NCBI GenBank assembly: GCA_950097015.1
Contig: CATNEN010000012.1
Coordinates: 2,790,001-2,854,000, forward strand
Direction of reading: 5' to 3'
Length of the DNA stretch: 64,000 nt
Origin: Macrostomum hystrix
Lineage: Eukaryota; Animalia; Platyhelminthes
Positions 13,001 to 25,482 of the stretch are shown here, piece after piece. A program made the translations under genes and the position numbers. The notes beneath the pieces are model-generated. The model saw only the letters and a program-made list of their open reading frames with translations. It did no database searches and had not been told where the DNA came from. Position 1 is the stretch's first letter; every line of letters begins with the position of its first letter.

Positions 13001-16000
13001 AGAATATTGTGCATTGATTTTTTTCTATTTTAGACAATGATAAACGAGGAGTGCGATAGGAATCAATATTCGAAATCTTTGTTTTACCGCTCCATAGTTG
13101 CACAACATGCCCTGTCTTGTTTTATTCCGTTTTTTGTTGTTTAGAAATTAAATTTCAATATGGGAGAACACGGATTAAAATAATATCTAATTACTGCTTC
13201 GCTCTTGCAGTCGGATATCATCCACCAGAGCGTCTTGGAGCTCATCCACTCGGAGGACAGGGAGGAGTTCAAGCGTCAGCTGGACTGGCAGAGTCGCCTG
13301 GGCTCCGGAGGCGACCCTGTGAATGCCCTGCAGGCCGCTTCCACCGGTGAGTTGCGGCCAGGGATGCAGACTGGCAGATTCTATGGTAGACTGGTAGATT
13401 CTATGGTAGACTGGTAGATTCTATGTAAACTGGCAGATTCTGTGATAGACTGGTAGATTATATGGTAGACTGGTAGATTCGATAGTAGACTGGTAGATTC
13501 TATGGTAGACTGGTAGATTCTATGGTAGACTGGTAGATTCTATGGTAGACTGGTAGATTCTATGGTAGACTGGTAGATTCTATGGTAGACTGGTAGATTC
13601 TATGGTAGACTGGTAGATTCTATGGTAGACTGGTAGATTCTATGGTAGACTGGTAGATTCTATGGTAGACTGGTAGATTCTATGGTAGACTGGTAGATTA
13701 TATGGTAGACTGGTAGATTCTATGTAAACTGGCAGATTCTGTGATAGACTGGTAGATTATATGGTAGACTGGTAGATTCGATAGTAGACTGGTAGATACT
13801 ATGGTAGACTGGTAGAATTTATGGTAGACTGGTAGATTATATGGTAGACTGGTAGATTCTATGGTAGACTGGTAGATTCTATGGTAGACTGGTAGATTCT
13901 ATAGTAGACTGTAGATTCTATGTAAACTGGCAGATTCTGTGATAGACTGGTAGATTATATGGTAGACTGGTAGATTCGATAGTAGACTGGTAGATTCTAT
14001 AGTAGACTGTAGATTCTATGGTAGACTGGTAGATTCTATGGTAGACTGGTAGATTCTATGGTAGACTGGTAGATTCTATGGTAGACTGGTAGATTCTATG
14101 GTGGATTGGTAGATTCTATGGTAGACTGGTAGATTCTATGGTAGACTGGTAGATTCTATGGTAGACTGGTAGATTCTATGGTAGACTGGTAGATTCTATG
14201 GTAGACTGGTAGATTCTGTTATTGATTTGTAGATTATTGTGGTGGATTAAGTTAGATCTGTGTTTGTTTATTTGTTTATTCAATCAAATAAAAAAGTATA
14301 TTGAACCTTGGCAAATGGTTTGGCAGTTTATTAAGTAATTAAACAGTTTTATTGACAAGAATACTAACAAGTTTTTTGGGCATAATTTTGACGCGATAAA
14401 ATAGAAATAAAAAATCACTGCTTCATACGTAACTTCGCAATTCAAACCGAATTCGGCGTGACATAAGGCTCATAAAAAAAGAACATTTCTTTATGAGACC
14501 ATGTTTACGAGTTAGAAAAAACTAGCTGTGCAGCTTGAGTATGCTGAGAATGAGCATCTGAATGGAAGTAAATATATTGTGCGATAAAATACTCGTAACT
14601 TATGAGTCTTTGCTTGTTCGGTGATTTTTGTCTCTCTCTCCAACCAATGTTCGATTTTTAGTAGGGCAAAGTTCGAATGGGAAAACCTTTTGCAGTCTTG
14701 TAGATTTCCTCGCGTATGTACGAGTTATATATATCAGTAATATATATATTAGTGTGCATGCATGCAGTCCTCTTCAGGAGAACAGGCTTAGTTTATTTTT
14801 GCCCAAGCTCACGCAACGGTTATGGGTCACGCCATGATGTCGTGTCTGTCGTCTGTCTATGAAAAAAACACGACAAGATACTATGAAGATTTGAGCAGGC
14901 CGATCGCTGAGCACAGGAAGCTGCGAAATTCTCGGACAGAATTTTAGGGAGCATGCAGGGAAGGGCTTAAATTTCAGTAACCAACCGCCCTGTTCGATCC
15001 CTTCCCCTACCCGCCCCCCGGAGCTCCTGCTCCCGGGCCCACGAAAGCGCCCCAGTCTGAAAGAATTGAATTTCTGTGTGTTAACTCTTTTCGATTAAAA
15101 AGAAAATAGTCGGTTCGGATATTCATCTTCCTGAAAGTTGACGTCATTTAAAAATGTTTCTTTTGACGTAAATTAATTAAACATGCCGCGCCTAATCGTG
15201 AATTTATTTACAGACTCCAATGCCAGCCTCCAACGAAGCTTCACCGTGCGTTTTCGATGCCTTCTGGACAATACATCCGGGTTCATTGTGAGTACCGCTG
15301 CTCATAATCATGAAACTCTAGTCGGCATGGCTTGATTGCTTGGGATGAGATCAGAGTGAGATCAAAGTGAGATCAGAGTGAAATCAGAGTGAGATCAGAG
15401 TGAGATCAGAGTGAGATCAGAGTGTGAGATCAGAGTGAGATCAGAGTGAGATCAGAGTAAGATCAGAGTGTGAGATCAGAGTGAGATCAGAGTGAGATCA
15501 GAGTGAGGTCAGAGTGAGATCTGAGTGAGATCATTTAGAAGTTTATTTAGTATCGCAGTCCTGTAACATACTAATAAAAAACAAAAAAATAGCATTTTAA
15601 AATTGTATTTTACTGTCAGCACTTGCTCAGCTCAACTTTCGGAAGCCTTTTTTGCTGCTGAACAACAAAACAGTTCCGGACTGTGGAAGGAGCTGAGCAA
15701 CGGGAAACTGAACACAAATTGGGATGGGGAGGTGATTTGTCTTTCATGTCCCATTGTTTCTGTCTCAGCCACCGTGGAAACTTTCTGAAACTATTTTGGA
15801 GGTCTCTCTTGTGCAATTTTTTTTCGGTTTGTAAAAATCAAAGAATGGGCAATTTTTTAACAGAATTGACAAAGAGAATTGATGGGTGGTTCTTGATAGT
15901 ACGTTGAACTGACAAACCGACATCCGTGAGGTGAAAGAATAACTGATTTCGTTTTTTTATTGTGCCTTCAGGCTTTGCTTTGATGCGACCTAAATTATTA

Positions 16001-19000
16001 TAAATCCGTAGAAATCGTGTAAATACTCAAGCAATTTTCTTTTCAGGAGCTTTCAGAAATTTCGCATTTATGATTTGTTTAAATTATTTTTTTATAAATC
16101 CCTTATTAACACGACATACTCGTAGTTTTTTAAGAGTGATTGGAGATTAAAAAGTTTTTAGGATGCTGAAAGTTTCCGTGATTTCGGAAGTTTCTGTGGA
16201 TTTTGTGATTATTTTGTTGTTTAAGACGATCTCTTCAATCGTCTTTGGGATTTCAACCGTTTTTTGGATTCCAACCGTTTTGAGATTTCAAAAGTTTCTG
16301 AACTTTCGTAATAATTTGGGGTTGGTGATTTTCAGTATTTTCTGAAGTTTCTAGGAATCCCGAAAATTTTGGGATTTTAGAAGTTTCTGAGATTTCGGAA
16401 GTTTCTGTGATTTCGGAAGTTTCTGGGATTTCGGAAGTTTCTGGGATTTCGGAAGTTTCTGGGGATTTCATGATTCTTCTTTGGGATTTCAACAGTTTTT
16501 TTGGGATCCGCTCGATTCTTGGATTTATGTGGGATTCTGAATTTTCTATGAATCCGAAAGTTACGAGGATTTTGACAGATTTCGGGATTTCAGATTTTTT
16601 GGGATTTCGGGAAGTTTTAGGAGATTTTGGATGTTCCTTGGATTTCGTTTGCCTTTGAAAATGTTAGGTTTTATATTCAAAGCGCAACTTTATAAGAGCC
16701 TCCAATACGGGTCCCTGGTCCCGCAGACTCTGGAGATCAGCGGCCGCATTCAGAAGCTGCACGGCCAGCCAAAGAAGGCGCCGAACGCTCAGGTGGCCCT
16801 CTTCGCCGTCTGCAGCCCGTTCGGTCCCATTCCGAGCCTGGACGCTGCTCAGAAAGATCTCACATTCAAGTCCAAGCACCGGCTAAATATGAACATTATC
16901 AGCATGGATGTTCGGTGAGTGTTTGCGATTGGAGGAAAATCTTAGTAGACCGATAAGGCTCTGTGCACATGAATGAATCCCTAGCAGCCCGGTGATTGTG
17001 TCCGTGTATCTGCTGTACCTCAAGCCATTTAACCCACTTTATTCTGCCGGGTCGTTGCGGGGACCCTTAGCTCTTGAGTTCCTTTTAACAAACGGCCCCC
17101 CGCGGCGAGGCGCTCCCTTCCTTTTCCCATTTTTCCCATCCCTAAGCTCCTCCTAGCTTGCATAATGCTGTATATACTCACACAATTTAGACTCTTGTGA
17201 AGGGTATATGGCTTTCCGTGACTGCCCTCCCCCACAATGAGCACTTGCACGCACGCACGCAGTCGATTTTGAGTAGAGAATCAACGCGATGTTGATGGCG
17301 AGAAAGAGAGAGACTGAGAGAGCTTGTGTGCCGCCGAGGCAGCAGAGTTTGCAAACATTTTTCCTATCAAAATATTCTTCTTCTAAATATTTTTAATGAA
17401 CAATGGTCCCTCAGCGGGAGCTTGCAAAAATTCAACACCGAGTCGTCAAAATCGCGGCCCTCGCCATCAGTTGGTTGCTGAGGCGCCACCAGCGGGATGG
17501 GACACGGAGAGACATATGGGAGGGCGAGAATAGACAATGCAGCTAACAACACCTTTTTTGTTAACTAATTCGAAGTAGGTGTTTGCGTGTTCAAAAGCAG
17601 CAACAATCGAGTGTAGAGAGAGAGAGAGAGTAAGATTTCAGTGGAAATTGGACGCCAAGATCAGACAATTTCCTAGCATGGCTCAAGCACGCTATTTACC
17701 ATTGCAGAGCCAAAGTGGTTCTCGGCTACTCCGAGAAGGAGATGAGCGAGCTGCGCTTCTATCACATCCTGCATCCGAGCGACCTGTCCTACGCAGCTAG
17801 AGGGCACGAACTGCGTAAGTCATCGGCATTCTAAATCCAGTTGCTTAATCCAGGATTCTAAATACAGGGGACTTACAGATTTTCCTTCATCCTAAATATT
17901 CCAGTACTGAAAAAGAACTTTCTCGGCTTATTAGTCTATCGCTGGCTAAGCAAATCTGGCAAATGGATCTGGTTACAGTCCAGCTTGAAAGTCAACGCCA
18001 AAGGCGGCAAACAGGATTACATCATTTGCACGCATCGGCAATTAAGGTGAGATAATCTAAAATACACTGCGTACATTGCCTCCAACCAGCCAAGGGGGTT
18101 AGACCTTGCGTACTTTGCCGCCTCCAACCAGCCAAGGGGGTTAGACTTTGCGTACTTTGCCGCCTCCAACCAGCCAAGGGGGTTAGACTTTGCGTACTTT
18201 GCCGCCTCCGACCAGCCAAGGGGGTTAGACTTTGCGTACTTTGCCGCCTCCGACCAGCCAAGGGGGTTAGACTTTGCGTACTTTGCCGCCTCCGACCAGC
18301 CAAGGGGGTCAGACTTTGCGTACAGTGAATTATCCTATTAGCCATTGATGGCATCTCAACATTCAAATAAACTGTGAAATGAAAAACGGCTTTGTTTTTT
18401 CAACGGTTCTTTACAGCGACGAAGAGGGCACGGAGCTGATGGCCAAGCGAAACACCGAGTACAAGCTGCCTTTTCCGCTTCTCGAGCCCGAGACTGCCCT
18501 AAGCGACGAAATCGACAGCTTCGGTCAGGATTGCAGTATCAGCGGCGGCACTCTTGGTGGTGGCGGCGGCGGCGGTGGCAAACGTGGCGGAGGCACTAAA
18601 CGAGCAGCAGCCGCTGTTGGTGGCGGCGGCGGCGGAGGCGGTGGAGGCGGCGTTGTCGGCGCCGGTGGTGGCGGTGGTGGCAGTAGCGTCAGTGCCAGCA
18701 GCGGCGGCAGCGGCCAGCTGAAAGACTACCTACAAGCCAGTCGAAAGCGGAAGGCGCCGCACAGGGACATGGGCTACAGTTCTTACTCGCCTTTCACCAC
18801 TTTGACACCTTTCCAAAACCATTCGGGCTTCTTCTGCGCCAACCCGAGTCCTTACCTGGCGGCAACGGCGCTGCACTTCTCCGCGGAGCCGGCGCCGGAC
18901 GTTTATCGGCCAGGCTTCCAGCACGTCGGCGGCGCCCATCCCGGGCACTCGACAGGTTACTATGGATACGGCGGCATGGACAGTTCGCCCTATCAACCGA

Positions 19001-20294
19001 TAGGATTCCCGACAAGCTATCACCAGCATCATCAGCACCAGCAGCACCAGCAGCACCAGCAGCACCAGCACCAGCATCAGCATCAGCAAAGTCTTCAGCA
19101 GGCACACCATCATCAGCATCCGCATCATCAGTTGTCGCCAGCGTCAGGAGACCTAACAGTCGGCCCCTTCACCGATGTCACCTGCGGCAGTGGCGGCGCC
19201 AACGGCTGTGCTGGAGGCATCTCGGCAGCGCCATACCAGCACCAGGCGCACATGGGCGACCTGTTGAGAGCAAAGTTTGACACTTCCATATCAGTGAGTC
19301 CGCCACCTCCGCCGCTTCCTCTGCTGCCGCCTCCGCTCCCGCCTCCTCCGCACACGCACTCGTCGCATCATGCGCTGACGTCCGTCTATCACAACGCTGG
19401 CGGTAGCGTCGGCGCAGGAGGCGGCGGCGGCGGAGGTTGCGGTGACTTGTCCTCGACGCCTGCCTATCGAGGCTATTCGATGGCAGCAGCGGCAGCAGCG
19501 GTAGCCGGAACAGACGGCTATGGCAGGTGAGAGATACGAGCGTAGATTTTCTGGCAATAAATTTAGTAATTTTTGTTTAACTAATAAAGCGCCAATCACA
19601 AACAGGGGCCAGTCCTCGATTCCGGTGTCAGTGGTGCGCAACCCCATGTGGAAACCGGGCAGCGAGTTGGACCACCACCCTGCGGGCCTCGGCTACGGAC
19701 ACCACCACCATCACGTGAGTTCGATGGGAATTTTTATCCAATTTTTAGAATTCTTGCATTCTTAGACTTGGGTAATCAGCAAAGTCGACGCTAAACTTGC
19801 CTGGCTGTCAGCCAAAAACACACAGAGTCAATCATTGTGAGATTAGCGACTCGGCTAGATCACGCAAGCGTCGCCAGAAGCTTGGGCGTTGCTTTTAGCG
19901 CCAAAATGACAAGTGGCTTAAAAAAGCACTAACCAGAGCTGAAGCTACTATAGCACTACCATTGTCTCTCTGGCTGTGTCCCTAACAATGGAAGGCACCA
20001 CACCCGAACCATTTTGCAGTTGCAGAATCCTGCGGGACACGCACCGGAGCCGCTGCTCACTACCTGACAGAAATCCAGCTTTTAACTGCGGCTGCGGACC
20101 AGAGCGAACAGGACGGAAAGGCGCCGCCACCGCCGCCGCCGCCGTCGCAACCGCCGCCGCCACCATTGCAGCAGCACCAGCCGCCAATACTGTCGCCTGT
20201 CTGTGAAATGAAAGAAAGACTAGCGCTAGTGGGGGATATGGGGTTGGGAATTGTAGGTGCATTGGCTAGAGGGGGAGAAATGGGAAGTATATAA
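6830..20294 (+). CDS. AHR: Aryl hydrocarbon receptor / spineless-like bHLH-PAS transcription factor (multi-exon, 5'-partial)
   Basis: Exons 6830-7041, 12263-12459, 13211-13346, 15214-15287, 16727-16914, 17708-17814, 17905-18046, 18417-19526, 19606-19714, plus an uncertain last exon near 19995-20294. All junctions are GT-AG with matching phases. AHR-diagnostic peptides: [109 protein letters not shown]. The short first coding exon (must end in phase 2) was not found in 1-6829. Confidence 0.95.
7071..7268. repeat. Minisatellite, 19-nt unit tactgtcgagatggctgtg
   Basis: Starts 29 nt after the AHR donor at 7042. Confidence 0.95.
9725..10810. repeat. Pyrimidine-rich satellite, about 14-nt unit ctgtctcttctctc with variants
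   Basis: Direct reading. Confidence 0.95.
11967..12212. repeat. Minisatellite, 33-nt unit gtgtcagtggacagcctgttcgatgattcaaat, about 7.5 copies
   Basis: Ends 50 nt before the AHR acceptor at 12262. Confidence 0.95.
12263..12459 (+). CDS. AHR: AHR exon: start of PAS-A
   Basis: cccag|GC (phase 1) to CAG|gtgcaa; [37 protein letters not shown]. Confidence 0.9.
13211..13346 (+). CDS. AHR: AHR exon: PAS-A
   Basis: ttgcag|TCG to G|gtgagt; [26 protein letters not shown]. Confidence 0.93.
13369..14217. repeat. Minisatellite, 20-nt unit gactggtagattctatggta
   Basis: Starts 22 nt after the AHR donor at 13347. Confidence 0.96.
15214..15287 (+). CDS. AHR: AHR exon (74 nt)
   Basis: ttacag|AC to ATT|gtgagt; [25 protein letters not shown] matches the AHR RCLLDNSSGF motif. 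Confidence 0.93.
15345..15533. repeat. Minisatellite, 11-nt unit gtgagatcaga
   Basis: Starts about 57 nt after the AHR donor at 15288. Confidence 0.93.
16160..16650. repeat. Degenerate 18-nt repeat gatttcggaagtttctgg (clean core 16380-16470)
   Basis: Direct reading. Confidence 0.75.
16727..16914 (+). CDS. AHR: AHR exon: PAS-A/PAS-B linker and start of PAS-B
   Basis: ccgcag|ACT to CG|gtgagt; [30 protein letters not shown]. Confidence 0.92.
17708..17814 (+). CDS. AHR: AHR exon: PAS-B
   Basis: ttgcag|A to C|gtaagt; [35 protein letters not shown]. Confidence 0.92.
17905..18046 (+). CDS. AHR: AHR exon: PAS-B/PAC
   Basis: ttccag|TA to AG|gtgaga; [37 protein letters not shown]. Confidence 0.92.
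18068..18322. repeat. Minisatellite, 42-nt unit, about 6 copies
   Basis: cctccaaccagccaagggggttagactttgcgtactttgccg; starts 21 nt after the AHR donor at 18047. Confidence 0.95.
18417..19526 (+). CDS. AHR: AHR exon: end of PAC and low-complexity G/H/Q/P-rich C-terminal region
   Basis: ttacag|C gives [20 protein letters not shown] (AHR TDEEG..KLPF); donor CAG|gtgaga at 19527. Confidence 0.88.
19606..19714 (+). CDS. AHR: Probable AHR C-terminal exon
   Basis: 79-nt intron 19527-19605, phase 2 matches; [37 protein letters not shown] then |gtgagt. No homology support. Confidence 0.65.
19995..20294 (+). CDS. AHR: Possible terminal AHR exon (Pro-rich); acceptor and frame uncertain
   Basis: ctaac..ggaag|GCA phase 0 gives [43 protein letters not shown]. 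Other AG acceptors nearby give different frames. Confidence 0.35.
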   Translation, partial: APHPNHFAVAESCGTRTGAAAHYLTEIQLLTAAADQSEQDGKAPPPPPPPSQPPPPPLQQHQPPILSPVCEMKERLALVGDMGLGIVGALARGGEMGSI

Positions 20295-20734
20295 TAGGGA
20301 CACGTTTGAAAGCTACTCTCTCAAGCTCCGCCCCGTTCCGCTCTCTCTCTCTCTCTCCCTCTCTCTCGCCCCAAGTCCCCCTTGTAAGTGTCGCAGTGCT
20401 TGAGCTGCTAGACATACTGGCGTCTATAGGCCGCATAGAGACAGGGAGACAAACCAACACACACACAGTCTGTATCAGAGACGAAATTCCTGTTCATCCC
20501 TTGGCAGGCTGTCAATCAAAGCTGAAAATTGATTACGGCATGCGGCTAGCCAAGCTCAATCTCAACTCAGCGCTTTTTTATTTGTGAGTTGGAGAACTAT
20601 GCATAATAATGCACACGGCTTATCATGGGATGTCATATGATTAGCCTACTCGATTTTTATAGACTCAGGAAATCTGCATTTCTTGGAATACTCAAGCTGA
20701 TTGCAGGAATTTCATGACAAGAAGATCAACAAGA

Positions 20735-20826
20735 GCAGCAGCAGCAGCAGCAAGTAGCTCTAATAGCAATAGTTATTTCAGCAGCAGCAGCAGCAGCAGC
20801 AGAAGCTGTGATAGCAATAGTTATTT

Positions 20827-20857
<31 letters not shown>

Positions 20858-21200
20858 TGTGATAGCAATAGTTATTTCAGCAGCAGCAGCAGCAGCAGCA
20901 GAAGCTGTGATAGCAATAGTTATTTCAGCAGCAGCAGCAGCAGCAGCAGAAGCTCTGATAGCAATAGTTATTTCAGCAGCAGCAGCAGCAGAAGCTGTGA
21001 TAGCAACAGTTATTTCAGCAGCAGCAGCAGCAGAAGCTGTGATAGCAATAGTTATGTCAGCAGCAGCAGCAGCAGAAGCTGTGATAGCAATAGTTATGTC
21101 AGCAGCAGCAGCAGCAGAAGCTGTGATAGCAATAGTTATGTCAGCAGCAGCAGCAGCAGAAGCTGTGATAGCAATAGTTATGTCAGCAGCAGCAGCATTA
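20735..21200. repeat. Compound minisatellite: variable (CAG)n plus aagctgtgatagcaatagttatttc
   Basis: Direct reading; the CAG tract shortens along the array. Confidence 0.92.
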
Positions 21201-22796
21201 GAAGCAGTTAGCAACAGTAGCATTGTTAGCAATAGCAGTAGCAGGTGCAGCTGCAGTAGACTGGCTACCTTGTCCATCCTTATTGAGCCATTAGCCAAGT
21301 TTCTGAAGCGGGCTCACGGGCGCCGTCAAGGCGCGGGCGGTGGGCTTACTAAAAGACTTGCTGGGGTCAGCCGCGGCGGCCGCATCAGAGGCGCCGCCGC
21401 GCGCCGAGACGCAGCGGTGCCTCTCTCTCTCCCCCTCATCTCTCTGCCAGACTGAGGCACGGAACCGCGTCTTGAGGACAAGCATTCCACTTTTCTTAGC
21501 TGCCATCCTTCCGCCGATTCCTCAGAGAAATGCCTGCCAGGCCCCGGGTCCTCTTAGCTAGCAAGGTTGAATTAAAACGTGAAAAAACCGTTCAAATAGT
21601 GAGCGACAACAGAGACATACACAGAGAGAGAGAGAGACAGAGAGAGAGAATATTTCTGGAGAGGGAATCTAGCATTTCTAAACATCTCAGACACACTCCA
21701 GTATACCCCACCCCCCATTCCGGATTTACACAATCCAAGCGGAATTAAATAGCTGATTGCGGCATTTTAATTGCACAGCGCTCTCAAAAATCTCTCTGTC
21801 TTCTAAAACTTTTCACAATTTAAATTGTGTGATTATGTGAATTTATTTTTCTAATTAACAATCTGAGTTTAATGTGTTCCATAGTAACAACGCCTGTCAG
21901 TCAACATTTAGTCTCGTTTTCTTGGAAAATGGTTATAATTTGAAAATGTTTAAACGCAAAAACATGTCAGTTTAATCTCATTTGCTCTCGTAGCTGTTTT
22001 ATGTAATACAACTACCTCTTTTCAAAATGCTTATCAAAACAATGCAATTCCAACCAGAAAGCTTTGCCCTGGCCAATTTGTCCTGTTGCTGCTTAACAGA
22101 TGTAATTTGATGACATCAGTTGAGGAGATATTCTCTGTTCGCATACCCGCAGTCTGAATAAAAAGCCTGCGTGTATTTAGGATTATTTAATTTTCGCTGT
22201 TGATTGCCGTCGTATCTTTACTTTTATACTACTTTTGAGCGCTGGTGTATAATAAGTAGTATTACATGCGCGTTTTTAGAGAAAATTGTGCAACACAAGC
22301 TTTGAAATGCGGAAATACGGTTTGTGTAAAACTTTTTGCTAGTTTTATCTGTCATCATGAAACCCGCGATCATTTAATTTTATAGTTCTCCATTACCCAA
22401 TCATGTGACCTCATTTATAAAGCAACGAAAGGTGAATCACGAAGCGACAAAGAATCGAACTAAAAAGTCATTTATTTCTAGCTAAATTCACCTTCTCTTG
22501 CTCACAAAATGTTCAGTTTACATTTTACGCGAAACGTCACACGCTACATTTTCTATAAAATATTTCAGTACATTTCTTGCTTGTCTTTGTATAGCCATTT
22601 TGTATTTGTTTTTCCGTTTGCCTACCAGACAATATTCGTTCTCTTGTCAACAGTTAGAATTCAATTAAATAAATATCAGAATATATATCAGTTCATAATA
22701 ACACAGTGACAATTATGTCCAATTATGACAATTTGCAAAATATTTTCTTTAACTTGAATTTTCTTCATCTTCTTGGATTTATTCTTAGCTTCCAAA

Positions 22797-23555
22797 GCAA
22801 GAATATGGTCTGTGGACTGATGGAATAATATGGTCTGTGGACTGATGGAATAATATAGTCTGTGGACTGATGGAAGAATATGGTCTGTGGACTGATGGAA
22901 TAATATAGTCTGTGTACTGATAGAAGAATATGGTCTGTGGAATGATGGAAGAATATAGTCTGTGGACTGATGGAATAATATGGTCTGTGGACTGATGGAA
23001 TAATATAGTCTGTGGACTGATGGAAGAATATGGTCTGTGGACTGATGGAAGAATATGGTCTGTGGACTGATAGAAGAATATGGTCTGTGGAATGATGGAA
23101 GAATATAGTCTGTGGACTGATGTAATAATATGGTCTAGAAGGGTCGGTGGCAGAGCGGTTAACGCGTTTGCCTCTCGCACCACAGTCCCTAAGTTCGATT
23201 CCACGGCGAGGCCACATTTATTTGGGGCGCAGCCGCGGAGAGAAGGCTTGGGGGCTTGTCGTGCAATTTACGCCCTTGAGGGCCAACCTCCAAGGCACAG
23301 TGAAATGTACACTGCCTGACGATGAGAAAGTCAGGGCAGATGTACACACCTGTGTGAGCGTATGCCTGCGTACAGTATCTGTGTGCGTGTGTGCTCAAGA
23401 GTCAGCGAAATGGGCAGAATTGCCTCCTCGTTGGCTGCGGGTCTAGTGTCACCAAATGGTGTGCCATTGCCTGCAGCCCTCCTGCAACTATTATTATAAT
23501 AATAATAATTATTATTATTATATAGTCTGGAGACTGATGGAAGAATATAGTCTGT
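22797..23555. repeat. Minisatellite, 25-nt unit gaagaatatggtctgtggactgatg, interrupted by the SINE
   Basis: Main block 22797-23135; remnant 23521-23555. Confidence 0.92.
23141..23522 (+). mobile_element. tRNA-derived SINE inserted into a minisatellite
   Basis: A-box TGGCAGAGCGG (23148-58), B-box GTTCGATTCC (23193-202), (TAT/AAT)n tail near 23488-23522; the 25-nt array flanks it on both sides. Confidence 0.75.
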
Positions 23556-24261
23556 TTATGGAAGCAATTAGTCGGCAGATATACAGAATAATGAACTCAG
23601 CGTATCTTAAACGGTACAACGAAATAAACGAGTCAAGACTGCACGAACAGAACAAACATGTCACAATCGTAGGAAAAGCGTTTATAGAATATTTGAAACT
23701 GTTTAAGTTTGTTTATTTGCATGTGTACTTATCAATGTACTTATCACTGTACTTATCAATGTACTTATCAACGTACTTATCAATACTTACGGCATTTTTT
23801 CAGCAGATGTATTACAAAAATCTGTGAAACAGTACAATAAATTATTTTAAAAAACGTTTATAAAACACAAAATTCGAAGTTGTTCAACAAAAATTAAGCA
23901 CAATTTTGTTCATTTGAAACCAAATATAAAAGTACAGCATTGGCAAACGATCCCTCATTAGCAGCAGTGGGTGCAGTACAAATGTATACCTAATGCCCGA
24001 TAAAAAACATAAACACGACATCACTAGCAAGCTTTCAATAGTAGCAAATGGCACTCAATCTGAGAAGTTTATATTAACAATAAGGTCACTAAACAGGGGA
24101 ATGACTGTCAGAACAATAAGTGAAGAGGATTAAAAACTGAGATTCTAGAAAAACTGGGACGTGAACAACGCCACTGTGAGATTGAACGCCTTGCTCTCGA
24201 CAATCTAATAGCCTTCCCTGCCCAGCCACCTCATTTTATCTTCCCTGCACAGTCAAAATTA

Positions 24262-24665
24262 CCTTCTCTGCCTTGCACAGCCACCCCATTTTCTCTCCCT
24301 TGCACAGCCACCCCATTTTCTCTCCCTTGCAAAGCCACCTCATTTTCTCTCCCTTGCACAGCCACCTCATTTTCTCTCCCTTGCACAGCCACCCCATTTT
24401 CTCTCCCTTGCACAGCCACCCCATTTTCTCTCCCTTGCAATGCCACCTCATTATCTCTCCCTTGCACAGCCACCTCATTTTCTCTCCCTTGCAAAGCCAC
24501 CTCATTTTCTCTCCCTTGCACAGCCACCCCATTTTCTCTCCCTTGCACAGCCACCTCATTTTCTCTCCCTTGCACAGCCACCTCATTTTCTCTCCATAGC
24601 AAAGCCACCCCATCTTCTCTCACTTGCACAGTCAAAATCACTTTCTCTCCCTTGCACAGCCCCCT
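24262..24665. repeat. Minisatellite, 27-nt unit ttgcacagccacctcattttctctccc
   Basis: Direct reading. Confidence 0.94.
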
Positions 24666-25482
24666 CACTTTCTCTCTTGTTAGCGTACGAGTATCTCTCT
24701 TGTAGGACTCCCGTGTTTAAAGCATTAAAATCGTATTTCATAAAAAAATCTACGCAAATGTCATGGACATGATATTTTTTATGCAGAAACTAAAAAATAT
24801 TATCAAGAGCAGGTCTAAGACTTCATAATCATGAAGCTAATTAATCTTTGGTTATTCAGGACGGAATTGTCTGCCAAAGCCAACAGGCAATTGTAAGTAA
24901 AGTAATGCCAATATTCTCAATAGAGAATGTGCTCTGCTGTTACTGTCAGTAGTAATATGAAAAAGTATTTTTCTTGAATGCAGAAAAGTCAGAAAAAACA
25001 AACAATGAACAATACGAGACTGTTAAACAAGGCAAGATATAAATACGTATATTCATTATGAAATAGGGCGACAAAAATGTATGAAATCGGGTGGAGAGGC
25101 AGCCACAACTTACAAAGCTCAATAATTTACTCAAGAAAAAAAGAATTTTAAATTCTGAAAACGATCTATTATTTTATCTGCTTAATTCGCGCTCTTAGCT
25201 ATTCACAGTAGTGCAGATCGGTGCAATTTCAAGTATAAAATGTTAAGAAAATAGGCTTGTAGGATCCCCACAGTGGGCCCGAGAACAGGAAGTGACAATA
25301 CATTTAATTATCACAATTAGCAACTGCAAATACCGTAATTATAATATACAAGCGAATCTTTTTATTGCAAAAAAGTTTCATAGAAAGCTGAATAACTTAG
25401 ACAAGCCAGTTAATGTCATAACAAGAGGACAGGAGACTTATGAAAAAAACAGCTCAAAGGCGCATTGGATGACTATAGCTGC

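Noticed and set aside
94-19867. XRE (TNGCGTG) sites suggesting AHR autoregulation (94, 1035, 6061, 11656, 14811, 17582, 19861)
   Set aside because: About 7 sites in 20 kb is no more than chance expectation for a 6-base-specified motif.
23141-23215. tRNA gene
   Set aside because: A and B boxes are present but the acceptor and anticodon stems do not pair, and it continues into a SINE body and tail.
23315-23356. Hammerhead ribozyme-like CTGACGA..GAAA in the SINE; also CTGATGA at 8176, CTGACGA on the minus strand near 8250, and CTGAGGA in the 24-nt array
   Set aside because: No helix II and no UH cleavage triplet before helix I; the other sites lack GAAA or paired stems.
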